Below the pieces are notes generated by a model that was given only the letters and a program-made list of their open reading frames with translations, ran no database searches and had not been told where the DNA came from. A program made the translations under genes and the position numbers. Shown piece by piece: positions 20,500-30,565 of a stretch of 46,766 nucleotides of DNA; within the stretch, counting starts at the first letter, position 1; each line of letters starts with the position of its first letter. Source of the DNA: Trichomonas gallinae (Eukaryota); contig MRSU01000499.1 of NCBI GenBank assembly GCA_008369845.1, positions 1-46,766 of the forward strand, in the 5' to 3' direction.

Positions 20500-23400
20500 T
20501 TAGATAACACGAAGTAATCTCGCAGCGCTAGGCATATTGTGAGCCTTAGCATTGAGATACTTTTCGAACTTTTTTGCGATAAGTGGTCTTATCGCATCAT
20601 GTTCGGCGAACTCCGAAAGAATTCCAACAATTTGAAAATCTGTGTCAGTGACTCCACTGTCAACAGAAACAGTTGATGAAACATAGTAATCACTGTCAGA
20701 ATATCCCAATTCATAAAATACATTGGAATGTTGGTATTCTTCGTCTTTGATAAGCTTTTTGTCGTTTTCGACTTTATTCATGAAAATCTGATAAATCTTT
20801 GCAAGAGATTTTTCATCATTGAACTCTTTGACTAAGCAAATTGTTGATGACAAGAAACATTCCCTTTGATTAACTAATGATATCTTCTCGAGAATATCGA
20901 TTAGTTTCTCTTTCTCATCATGAAGAAATTCCAAGCATTTTCGAAACATTGAATTTGCAAGTTTGTGACAATCATTCTTCGAAATGTCGCATTTCTCTAT
21001 GTAGCTAAATAAAGAACGAGAAATATCTTCATCAATTGAATCACAATCATCAACAGCTTCACTTAATATTGAAATGGAAACTTTTGTGTTGTCTGTGATT
21101 TCTAGAGCAGAAATCAAACTACCCAATGATTTCTTTGTCAAAAGATCAGGATCAAAACGAAGAATGGATGAAGCAACATAAGCAAAATCTGAAGCATTCT
21201 GCTGTGTGAACTTGAGATCAAAGAATTGCTTCATTCCTTTACCTTTTAATTCCCATTTTTCTTTGAATAATCCGTTCTTCATTGCTCTGAATATGTCTGA
21301 CATATCATAATCCTTTTTATTCCTGGTGATTTCGAAACAAGTCTTGAACAAGTATTTTTCACCAAGTCCAACACCAACTGTTGGTTGGAAGTTTTCGTAT
21401 TGTGAAGCCTTAATTGAGAACTTTGCTAAAACTTCTTGAACTTGTTTGAGTTCTCGATTACATAATTTGACATGTTTGTTTTCAATTTCAAGCAAGAACT
21501 TATTAGCGAAATTAACAGAATCTTCGCCAACAGTTTCAAGTTGCTTCTGTAGAATATCAGCAACTTTGAATGGAAAACAATGTGGAAGTGCTGGAATGGT
21601 TAATGACAATACTTTCTTCGCTCGTTTCTTTTCTTCTTCATTGTTCGAGAAACTAATTTTCTCGATTTGTGTAAAGAATTTTGACAAAAGCGAGCATTGT
21701 GAGTTTGTTGGCTCTGTGTATTCCATGAAGGCCATTTCAAAAACCATCATCATGAATTCAGAGCTTCCGACTGTTTCGACTCTTTCTATCGCAAAATCTG
21801 ACGTGATGACATTGTGAGAAAATGCAACATGAACAACATTGCAAGCGTTTTCAATATCACTTAAAATATTTGCATTATTGTAATATTTTTCTATGTCATC
21901 GAGAGCTAATTGAGCAATTAATTGAAGGACTGGCGTGAAATGAGGCTTTAATGGCTTCTTGATTTTGATAAGAGAAATTTGTTTGTACATTAATTCTCTT
22001 AGTTTTGAAAATTGCCATAGTTTTTCGATAACAGAAATCATCGAATTTGATGATGTCGAGATGCACGGTTCGCTTGAAAAATAGAAGCGGACAAGATAAG
22101 GAATGTGATCTAATTGTATTGATTCAATCCATTTCTCGTAGATGTCTCTATCAGTTATATTCGAATCATTGATGAAAGGTAGTGACAACAAAAAGCTTCT
22201 GAAATCTTCGTCGATTTTATTGGATTTGACAAATGTAATTAAAGGAATTCTCTTTGTTACTGCAAGATCAAGAGCCAAAGTGATCAATTGATCATTGACT
22301 GGGAATTCATCTAATGATAGCAAATAATCAGCAACATCATAATTTGCTGCTAAAATTGCTGCTTCAAAAAGTTTCATGCTAGCGATGTTGTAAAGCTTCC
22401 TGAGTCTTATCCATGCGATCATATCTCTTGTTCCCTTCTTTGCCATGTTCTCCATGAATTGGTCTGTGATTTGAAGCTGTCCACTGTTGTACAAAACTGT
22501 TAAAACAGCTGGAGGGATTTGGTTTGACGAAAATTCGCAAACACAATGACCAGATGGATCTTTGGATAGGATCATTTCCATAACATGCTTGTCAATGATG
22601 TTTCCTGTGTATAATAATGTCATTCTGTCGATGCAATTCGAAATTAAATATTTTTGAGCAAAGAAACTCTTTGAGTTCAACGAAGCATTCACCATGTGTG
22701 ATGTAACTTTAACGTTTTCTTTGTATAAATTGAAGAAATAAGCGTTGTTTGTCGATACAGAAAGAAGGAAAATATCTTCATCTGTAAATTTGTTCGGTTT
22801 TGTCTGTAAAATCCACTCTATCACGTTATTTCTGCGATTAATCATAGCTGTTTCGATGTGTCTTGCGTCAATTTCGCGATTTCTGTCCCAAATTCGGATT
22901 ATTTCAGTATCTCCTCCAATAATCGGGGCTGTTTCAACGATACCATGGAAATTCGCACTATTTAGCATAAGGAACTTGAAGCAGTTGACAGATCCGAACA
23001 ACGCCGCGATTTCAAGTAAAGTAGCTCTTTGATTTCGAATAACTGGATGATAAAGCTGTGAGCAATAAAGTGTCTGATTGTAGTTGAACTCATTCTTTTG
23101 CGATTTTTCTTGAAGATAGTCGAAATCATCATGTTTCAAAGCGAATTCAAGCGAATTGTGCTCGCAACCGTCAATATCGGTTTTGCATATGAGATTAGGA
23201 TCCTGAAAGTACATTGGATACATTTCATATAGTTCATCTGCGAATATTTCGCGTGTAATTGGTACATCGTGTTGCAACATGTATAATACTTTGCTGAGAA
23301 GCTCTTCTTTGGTATATAGACCTGCTTTCATAAGCCTATGCAGGTAAATTACAACATATGGATGCTTTGTTCGTTCGATATTTCGAAGTAAAATTCTGGA

Positions 23401-23649
23401 AAAGCTTGATGAAGAGCTTTCTTCTTTGATTCTATCATTCAATGCAATAGTAAACTTCACCATAGCATCAATTACATTCAAACGGATGGATAATACGTAT
23501 AAAATTTCATTTACGATTAAATTTTGGCCATCTTGAGTGGAAATCAATAGATGGCTAATGGAGTTGACTGTTTCATTGATATCTTGAGTATTGATATCAG
23601 TCAAAAATATCTGCAAAGACTCAACTGCATCGATTTCATTTTCAATCAT
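20500..23649 (-). CDS. Large protein with N-terminal DUF3447/ankyrin-like region and helical-repeat C-terminus
   Basis: SLEFALKHDDFDYLQ, TLLEIAALFGSVNCFKFLMLN, IIGGDTEII are typical of trichomonad ankyrin/DUF3447 proteins. First ATG 23649. Confidence 0.85.
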   Translation of the reverse strand: MIENEIDAVESLQIFLTDINTQDINETVNSISHLLISTQDGQNLIVNEILYVLSIRLNVIDAMVKFTIALNDRIKEESSSSSFSRILLRNIERTKHPYVVIYLHRLMKAGLYTKEELLSKVLYMLQHDVPITREIFADELYEMYPMYFQDPNLICKTDIDGCEHNSLEFALKHDDFDYLQEKSQKNEFNYNQTLYCSQLYHPVIRNQRATLLEIAALFGSVNCFKFLMLNSANFHGIVETAPIIGGDTEIIRIWDRNREIDARHIETAMINRRNNVIEWILQTKPNKFTDEDIFLLSVSTNNAYFFNLYKENVKVTSHMVNASLNSKSFFAQKYLISNCIDRMTLLYTGNIIDKHVMEMILSKDPSGHCVCEFSSNQIPPAVLTVLYNSGQLQITDQFMENMAKKGTRDMIAWIRLRKLYNIASMKLFEAAILAANYDVADYLLSLDEFPVNDQLITLALDLAVTKRIPLITFVKSNKIDEDFRSFLLSLPFINDSNITDRDIYEKWIESIQLDHIPYLVRFYFSSEPCISTSSNSMISVIEKLWQFSKLRELMYKQISLIKIKKPLKPHFTPVLQLIAQLALDDIEKYYNNANILSDIENACNVVHVAFSHNVITSDFAIERVETVGSSEFMMMVFEMAFMEYTEPTNSQCSLLSKFFTQIEKISFSNNEEEKKRAKKVLSLTIPALPHCFPFKVADILQKQLETVGEDSVNFANKFLLEIENKHVKLCNRELKQVQEVLAKFSIKASQYENFQPTVGVGLGEKYLFKTCFEITRNKKDYDMSDIFRAMKNGLFKEKWELKGKGMKQFFDLKFTQQNASDFAYVASSILRFDPDLLTKKSLGSLISALEITDNTKVSISILSEAVDDCDSIDEDISRSLFSYIEKCDISKNDCHKLANSMFRKCLEFLHDEKEKLIDILEKISLVNQRECFLSSTICLVKEFNDEKSLAKIYQIFMNKVENDKKLIKDEEYQHSNVFYELGYSDSDYYVSSTVSVDSGVTDTDFQIVGILSEFAEHDAIRPLIAKKFEKYLNAKAHNMPSAARLLRVI

Positions 23650-24522
23650 TTTTTTTAATCTCAATTCAAAGGAAAACCGATGGAGAAATCTTTGTCATTT
23701 TACAACCTTGATGTTGAAAATAGTTTAAAAGTGTTTTTAATCATTTTTTGATTTTCCATTTAATTGAAAAGTGACAGATGAAGTAATCAACAAATATAAT
23801 AAAATCACCTATATTATTTATTATTGATTTTTTTCAACAATTATTTTCGATTCAAATTTCTTCTGAATTGAAAAATAAAATGATATTAAACTATATATTT
23901 ATTGTTGATGAGCATTTTGTTATTTACTTTCACGCCCGTAAAATATTTCAAATTTTACAAATTCATCGTTTTTTTATTCATGTTCTGATATTTTTATTAT
24001 TCATTATGAGATAATAAAATTATTTCTTGGTTGATCAGAGACCTGTCAAAACTCGAACTTAACCGAAATGAGCAGCAAAAGTAGTTGTTATTACCTTATG
24101 AAGTGTTTAGTCAATGTAAAAACTATTTGTTTAAGTATTATATGTTATTATTTTATCAATAGAACGCATAATATTCTCTATATTTTTTTGATAATTCCTG
24201 TTTTCGATAGAAATTAAAATGACGTAATATAGACATATATGGTTTCACTTTTTCCTATATAACTATCGGTCATTCTTTTTGATCTAGGTTAAATAAATTT
24301 CGTGTGTAGGATTAGACATTTGATTCATGTGGAATAGCAAATCCAGAATCCCATGAAGTTCTGGTTCGTCAAATAGTAATCTAAGCAATTTTACAAATTC
24401 CTGAAAATCTTTTTCATAAATCATAATACCACTTTTTTTAGATTTCTGGTTCACATACAAATCACTGATACTAAAAACATGTAACGTATAATATTCCGTC
24501 AAATTAAAAGTGCTACTTTATA

Positions 24523-24807
24523 TGTCAGATTTTTGGAAAATCTGACACACTAAAAAGGGGGTGAATCCAAAAGTAATATTTGGAAAATAAAAATAGCTGT
24601 GACTATCACAGCGAGTTTCTGCATGTCCAGGACGATATCAGAATTTTAATAATTTATCTGATTTCGTCCTGGACAGATTTTCAAGCATCCTGTGCACCAA
24701 ACACACCTAAAACACTAATGCCAGATGTGTTTTGGTGCACAGGACTTGTGCCAAGCAAGTGAGGCTTTCAGCAAGACTGAAGTCGGAAGCAGCCGCGACA
24801 GTCACTT
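24523..24807. other. Cluster of consecutive stem-loops of unknown nature
   Basis: 11-bp perfect stem (24523-24547), 7-bp perfect (24596-24612), 19-bp with one mismatch (24624-24675), 14-bp perfect and extendable (24688-24744), and a multi-stem domain closed by AAGTGA/TCACTT (24757-24807). Confidence 0.8.
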
Positions 24808-25433
24808 CTAAGTTTATGTTATAAACTGATTACAGGAAGATATGCTTTTTCTGGATCAACTTTGCAATCTAATATCCTATATTGATTTCATTAAAATTCT
24901 CAAGAGATCTGATGTTTTCGTTGATCTTTCATCTGGATAATCTCTGTTGATGAATTTCTAAGGATTCAAACGTATTTTAGTCTAATTTTGTTAGTGAATT
25001 TATTATTAATATCAAAGTTTCGATGTGGCATATATCTGACACTTTCAATGTGATATATATTTGACACTTTACTTCGGGTGACAGGGTTGCATCTGAAGTT
25101 CTGATGTCTAAAAGATCAAAATATACTATTCCAACAAGGATAAAAAATAATTTATTATATCATCAAATATTCCATAATTATCCTTTAATTTGGTAACTAG
25201 GTCACAGCATTGCATAACTGTATGCCCTCAAAGCAAATATGGCCCAAATACACGTTTTACCCTTTTATCGCCTATGTCCTACCCAGAAATGAACTCCGTG
25301 AGGGAAAATGAAAATCTAACATGTAAAGCATTCTGGCTTTTGTCTGCTAAATTCATTGTTATTTACAACTAACTATAAGGTTAATTATGTTTACATGGCA
25401 TGTTTTGATTTTATTTGTCAAAAATAAAATAGA

Positions 25434-25652
25434 ATGGTAAGTGAACCGTATCCAGAATCATTAACTCAATTTTTGGAGCGAAAAAATGCCGAAACTAGAG
25501 CAGCTGCAATTGACAGATTAAACAATGCCAAAATGCAAAATAGAATTGAAGTTCAAAAATATTGCAAAAAGCCAAATCATTTAGCAAAATACGCGTTCAT
25601 ATCAGCGATGATAGCCCTTACATTTGCGATTATTATTACTTTGTTTAATTAA
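25434..25652 (+). CDS. Small tail-anchored membrane protein (72 aa)
   Basis: ATG after an A-rich leader; charged helical N-terminus and one C-terminal hydrophobic helix YAFISAMIALTFAIIITLF. Confidence 0.6.
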   Translation: MVSEPYPESLTQFLERKNAETRAAAIDRLNNAKMQNRIEVQKYCKKPNHLAKYAFISAMIALTFAIIITLFN

Positions 25653-26678
25653 CTACATTTTACGGACAAAAAATCAATTCGAAATAAATCTTCTGTTTGT
25701 CATAAATATATATTCTTCTACACACCATTTAAATAATGCATTCAATCACATACTCAATAATATATTATTTTTTATATATTATTTATTCTTGAATTAGACT
25801 AAAACATTATGTGCATACTGATCACTATGGACATAGTTTGTTGCAATTCCATTAATAATAAGTACATTCCTCCAAAAAATATTTTGAATATTAGCAAAAA
25901 TATCCATCAAATCTAAGGAATATATTTTTATTTGCACGATATATATAATATACTTAGTTAAAATCTACCAGAACAAGATTTTTAAAATTCCATGTGAATC
26001 AACTCAATTGGAAAAGATACTTTAAATCCTAGAGATCTCAAACATAGTTGGACGAAAAACGAGTTAAAAGAAATATGAATTGCAATAAACTTTCTAACGA
26101 AGTTTGAGCCTTTTCACTTCTTCTATATAATCATTATATGTGTATTAGTATATTGTTGAGCTTACTAATATTGTTACATTGGATCTTTGGAGTTATTAAT
26201 TTAAATATTTGTTTTTTTTTTTTTTCATGTTATCTATATAGAAACCATCCTTGTACTTATATGGTGGTATTAATAGCAAGTATATTTGTTATAACACTTC
26301 TTTAGAAATTCAATAAAGTGAATGAAACCTCAAATTATAAGATCTATAAATATGTACAATGTCATATGTGGGATATATATGAATTGTGTCTTGATTATGC
26401 TCCTATAAAATCCTTTTTTGAAAATTTCAAAAAAATTATCGAATTATATTAAAAAAATAATTTATAATTTAAATTTCAATGACAATGCACATAACTAATA
26501 TATAATTATTTACTTTGTTTATCCAAAATAAGCTCAAAAACTTACTCAAAATCGCTAGCGAGCAAGATATATTGATAATATACAGCCAGAAGCATGCAAA
26601 TCATAATAAAAACAACCAATGTAAATATAAAAACGTGACACTTTTGAGTATTTTCTCGTTATTTAAAAAAAAAAATTT

Positions 26679-27932
26679 ATGGCGAATCTAGCGGACTATC
26701 CTGATATTGGCGACATTATGCACGAAAAGTATCAGGTTATCCGCCGTATAGGAGCTGGCTCCTTTGGTGCCATCTACGAAGTCCAACACGTCGAAACAGG
26801 AAAAATTTATGCAGTTAAACTTGAACGATTCAATACATCACCGCAGTTGCAAATGGAACACAAATTATACACGATTCTCGACGGTGCTACAGCTATTTCA
26901 CGCGTTTACGACTTCTGGGTTGACGAAAAATGGAGAGCTATGATCATGGATCGTCTTGGATGCTCTCTAGGCTATTATTTCCGTAAGTGCGGTAAAATAC
27001 TTTCGCTCAAGACAACTCTCATGGTTGCTATTCAGATGATTTCTCGTTTAGAATATCTTCACGAAAGATGTCTTATTCATCGTGATATCAAGCCAGAAAA
27101 CTTCGTATTTGGTGTTGGCAAGAACTCAAATCTTCTTTATATAATTGATCTTGGCCTCGCAAAGAATTATCGCGGATTCAAAAATTATCAACATATCAAC
27201 TACGCTGAAGATCGTGGTCTCGCTGGCACGGCACGCTATGTCTCAATCAACGTTCACCTCGGTGTTGAACAATCTCGTAGAGATGACCTCGAATCAGTTG
27301 GTTACGTCTTGATTTCTTTAGTTAAAGGCAGACTCCCGTGGCAAGAAATAGAAGCTGGCTCAAAGGGTGACCAAAACGATAACATATCTCACGCAAAAAT
27401 GAACACACCAGTCGAAACATTATGCGAAGGTCTTCCAAACCAGTTCCAGACATACATGCAGCGTGTGAGAGACTTCAGATTCGATGAGAGACCGCAGTAC
27501 TCATATCTCCGTGGACTCTTCTACCAGCTTTTGTCCACATTAAATTATGCTTATGACGATAAATATGACTGGATCGTCGCAAGAGCCAACAGACTTGACA
27601 CAGCTCTCCGAGCTAACGGCAGTGCATCGGATGTCGTCATCCCAGTGTCAGTTCTCGGACTTAAAGGCGCAATGAAACCTTGTCCGAAGGATACAGGCTT
27701 CCACCAACCTCTTCCTTTCTTCGCGATCATCCACCAGGCTGCGCTCTTCGTCGGCAAGAGCAAGAAGAAGGGCGCGGAAGACGAGGAACAGCCGAAAAAG
27801 TCTTTTGTCGAAGAACAAACGCTTTTCTTGCTCAACCCAGAGCACAACAAGATCCGCCAGGGATCAATTTCGCTCGAGTTCCATCCGGTAGAGACAACTG
27901 TCAAGAAAGAAGAACCGGCACCAGCTGCTTAA
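26679..27932 (+). CDS. Casein kinase 1 family Ser/Thr kinase
   Basis: IGAGSFG, YAVKLE, IHRDIKPENF, IIDLGLAK, LAGTARYVSIN, EQSRRDDLES, LPWQ (CK1 signature motifs). Confidence 0.96.
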   Translation: MANLADYPDIGDIMHEKYQVIRRIGAGSFGAIYEVQHVETGKIYAVKLERFNTSPQLQMEHKLYTILDGATAISRVYDFWVDEKWRAMIMDRLGCSLGYYFRKCGKILSLKTTLMVAIQMISRLEYLHERCLIHRDIKPENFVFGVGKNSNLLYIIDLGLAKNYRGFKNYQHINYAEDRGLAGTARYVSINVHLGVEQSRRDDLESVGYVLISLVKGRLPWQEIEAGSKGDQNDNISHAKMNTPVETLCEGLPNQFQTYMQRVRDFRFDERPQYSYLRGLFYQLLSTLNYAYDDKYDWIVARANRLDTALRANGSASDVVIPVSVLGLKGAMKPCPKDTGFHQPLPFFAIIHQAALFVGKSKKKGAEDEEQPKKSFVEEQTLFLLNPEHNKIRQGSISLEFHPVETTVKKEEPAPAA

Positions 27933-28437
27933 TATTATTTTATTATTATTTAATTTGTGGAACAATATCCAATAATATATTAATTTCTATGGATGTAAAA
28001 TTGACTTTTTATTTGTTAATATCTTTATTTTCCAATAAAAATCATGAAAAATAAAAAATGAATTCTTTTTATTTTAAATTTGAGCAATATAAGTAACATA
28101 AATATACTGTCGATACTAATACAGTGTATTAACAGCAATTCAGTTTTTTAATTGATAAATATATAATTTCAAGTATTTTATTATTAAATTTGAGTGATCT
28201 TTGCTACATTAATGCATTATTGACACCAATGCAATGTAATGATAGTGATCATGCTCAAAATAAAGCAAAAATTAAAATATCAAGTTGTTTATCTTTAAAT
28301 TTGAGTTGTATAAATAATAAAAGAATAATTTCGATCCTAATGCAATGTAATAATCATAATTCCGTTCGAATTATAACAAAAAATAAAATTTCGGAAAAAT
28401 TATTTGCTAATCGAAAGGAAATTCAAATAAATAATGC

Positions 28438-29712
28438 TTACTGATTATCTTCATCATTGAGAATCTCATCTTCTTTAACAATAACTTGTGTCTGTACAAT
28501 ATTTTCTGGTGTAATCGTTGGAGCCTGATTCTGAGCTTGCTGTTGTTGATCTGGTGGATAGTAAACAGCAAACTTGTTGCTGCTAGCTTGATTCTTCTTG
28601 TTTTTGTTCTTATTCTTCTTATTTTGGTTCTTGTTTTGATTCAGTTGCTTGTTCTGCTGATCATGCGGCTTATTTGTGTTCTCTGCTGGTGCTGGTGTTG
28701 CTGGCTGAGAAGATGGACCATAATACGTTGCAAATTTATCTTTCTTTTTATCTTGTGGTTTTTGGTTGTCTCCTTGCTGTTTCTGGCTATCACCTTGCTT
28801 AGTCTTCTTGTTCTTTGATGGAACTGGCTGATTATTCTCTTGTAATATTTTAATCATTTTATCTGTGCGTTCTTTGATAGCTTTGACGTAATTTTCGTTA
28901 CTTTCAGCTTCATCATTGTATGTGTCAATCTTTTCAGCAGCTTTCATCGTTTCAGCCTTTAAAGTTTCCAATCTGTTTGTTGTCGAAGAAAGAAGCTTAT
29001 TAGCTGTGTCCAGTTCCTCCTGTGCACTTAATCGGTTTGTCTTGAGGGAGGTAAGTAATTTTCTCGTAGCATTGAAGATTTTATCGGCAACATTGGCTTT
29101 GTTGAAGTTTTCACTGCTCATGAGAGCGTAGAAAATGATGTTTGGTAAATTATCGAAGTCCAATTTCTCGAAAAAGCCTGAAATATTGTCTCCGTGGATT
29201 TTCAAGATTTCAGAAATTGCAATTGCAAGCTTCAAATCATCAATCTTCCACTCTATTCTGTTGTTAAATATGTGAGTGAGCACATTTCGGAGCAATTCAA
29301 CAGGCATTTTCAAGAAAGCTTCATGGCCAAAAACATTGTTGAAATCTTTGGCGCAATGGGCTTCTAATTCGGCTGTTGGGACTCCTCTTTCGTAGTTTTC
29401 GAGTAATATTGTAGCTGAATTTTGAACAGAGTGAAGTGATAAATATTTATTCACTTCGTCAACGAGCGATTCAACCCCCCACTCAGTGCCGAGCTTAAGA
29501 AGGTCCTCAACATTGTCTTCAGTAATAGTGTATGGCATGTTTTGGACGGCAAAAAGGAAAGTGCGGAAATTTTCCTTGGAATAGTCGTTAGTGATCTCCA
29601 TGCCTGGGATTGACTCATCGTAGATCTGCCCGAAGATCGTGGAAGCCTGGCAGAAAAGCAGCGGGTCGATTAAAAATGTGTTACCATTATATGTAAGTTC
29701 GAACTCCACCAT
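28438..29712 (-). CDS. BTB/POZ-like domain protein with coiled coil and N/Q/K-rich tail
   Basis: FELTYNGNTFLIDPLLFCQAS...ITEDNVEDLLKLGTEWGVESL; first ATG 29712. Confidence 0.85.
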   Translation of the reverse strand: MVEFELTYNGNTFLIDPLLFCQASTIFGQIYDESIPGMEITNDYSKENFRTFLFAVQNMPYTITEDNVEDLLKLGTEWGVESLVDEVNKYLSLHSVQNSATILLENYERGVPTAELEAHCAKDFNNVFGHEAFLKMPVELLRNVLTHIFNNRIEWKIDDLKLAIAISEILKIHGDNISGFFEKLDFDNLPNIIFYALMSSENFNKANVADKIFNATRKLLTSLKTNRLSAQEELDTANKLLSSTTNRLETLKAETMKAAEKIDTYNDEAESNENYVKAIKERTDKMIKILQENNQPVPSKNKKTKQGDSQKQQGDNQKPQDKKKDKFATYYGPSSQPATPAPAENTNKPHDQQNKQLNQNKNQNKKNKNKNKKNQASSNKFAVYYPPDQQQQAQNQAPTITPENIVQTQVIVKEDEILNDEDNQ

Positions 29713-30565
29713 TTTTGGTAATAAGGTTAATTGCAAATTTCTTAAATTTTCATTATTTTGGCGTAATTCGCACTAAAATATGCTAATATATGATAAAATC
29801 TTGTTTTCACACTTTATCATTTTCGAAATTTCGTTTTTATTGCCATTTACCCAAAAATGAACATATCATTATACAGTAAAAATCGGTTGTCATCATTTGT
29901 GCTATGAAATGCAACAAAATATTGATATTTTTTTGTTCATCAAATTAATTTTAGTTGAGACAAAACAATTCCCATAACGTCGTGGCTTCAATCACCAGGT
30001 AGTTTGGTGCCATTCACTTTTCTCATCCGAGATCAAATTTTTAAAACAAAAATCAGTGTTTTTCTCTACTTGAAATAATGTAAATGATTACATATATCAT
30101 CATATGCATTTTAGAAATGTAGTATCTTGGTGTATAACCAATAATTTTTTTCGTATAGTTTAATGTAGCATTTCTTGTATTCTTAATGACAGTTCCATTT
30201 TCTGTATCACATTTAAAACGCAAAGGAGCAAGACTGTGCTCCATTATTAAAGTTATAAAAAATATTTTGATGAATTTTGTTTTTCATGATTGATTTTGTG
30301 ACTTAACTGAGATAAACAGTTGTTGTGCCTTCTGTGTGCATAACAAAAACAAAGATAGAAAGCTCATCTTTCTCCAAATCATTAAAAATTTGACTACTTA
30401 GTCAAAAATGATTTGAATTAATTTTTGTAAATTGACATTGTTGCAACCTATGAATAGACTTTTAAAATAGAATGATAACGTTTATAAGACAGTATTAGCG
30501 GATTTATTGAAGCTGATATATCTAAAAAAATATCATATTTATAAATCAAAACGAGTTGTTTAGGA

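Noticed and set aside
28190..28444. 84-aa ORF with a short repeated ATGCAATGTAAT
   Set aside because: TTG start, overlaps the 3' end of the convergent gene, only two 12-bp copies.
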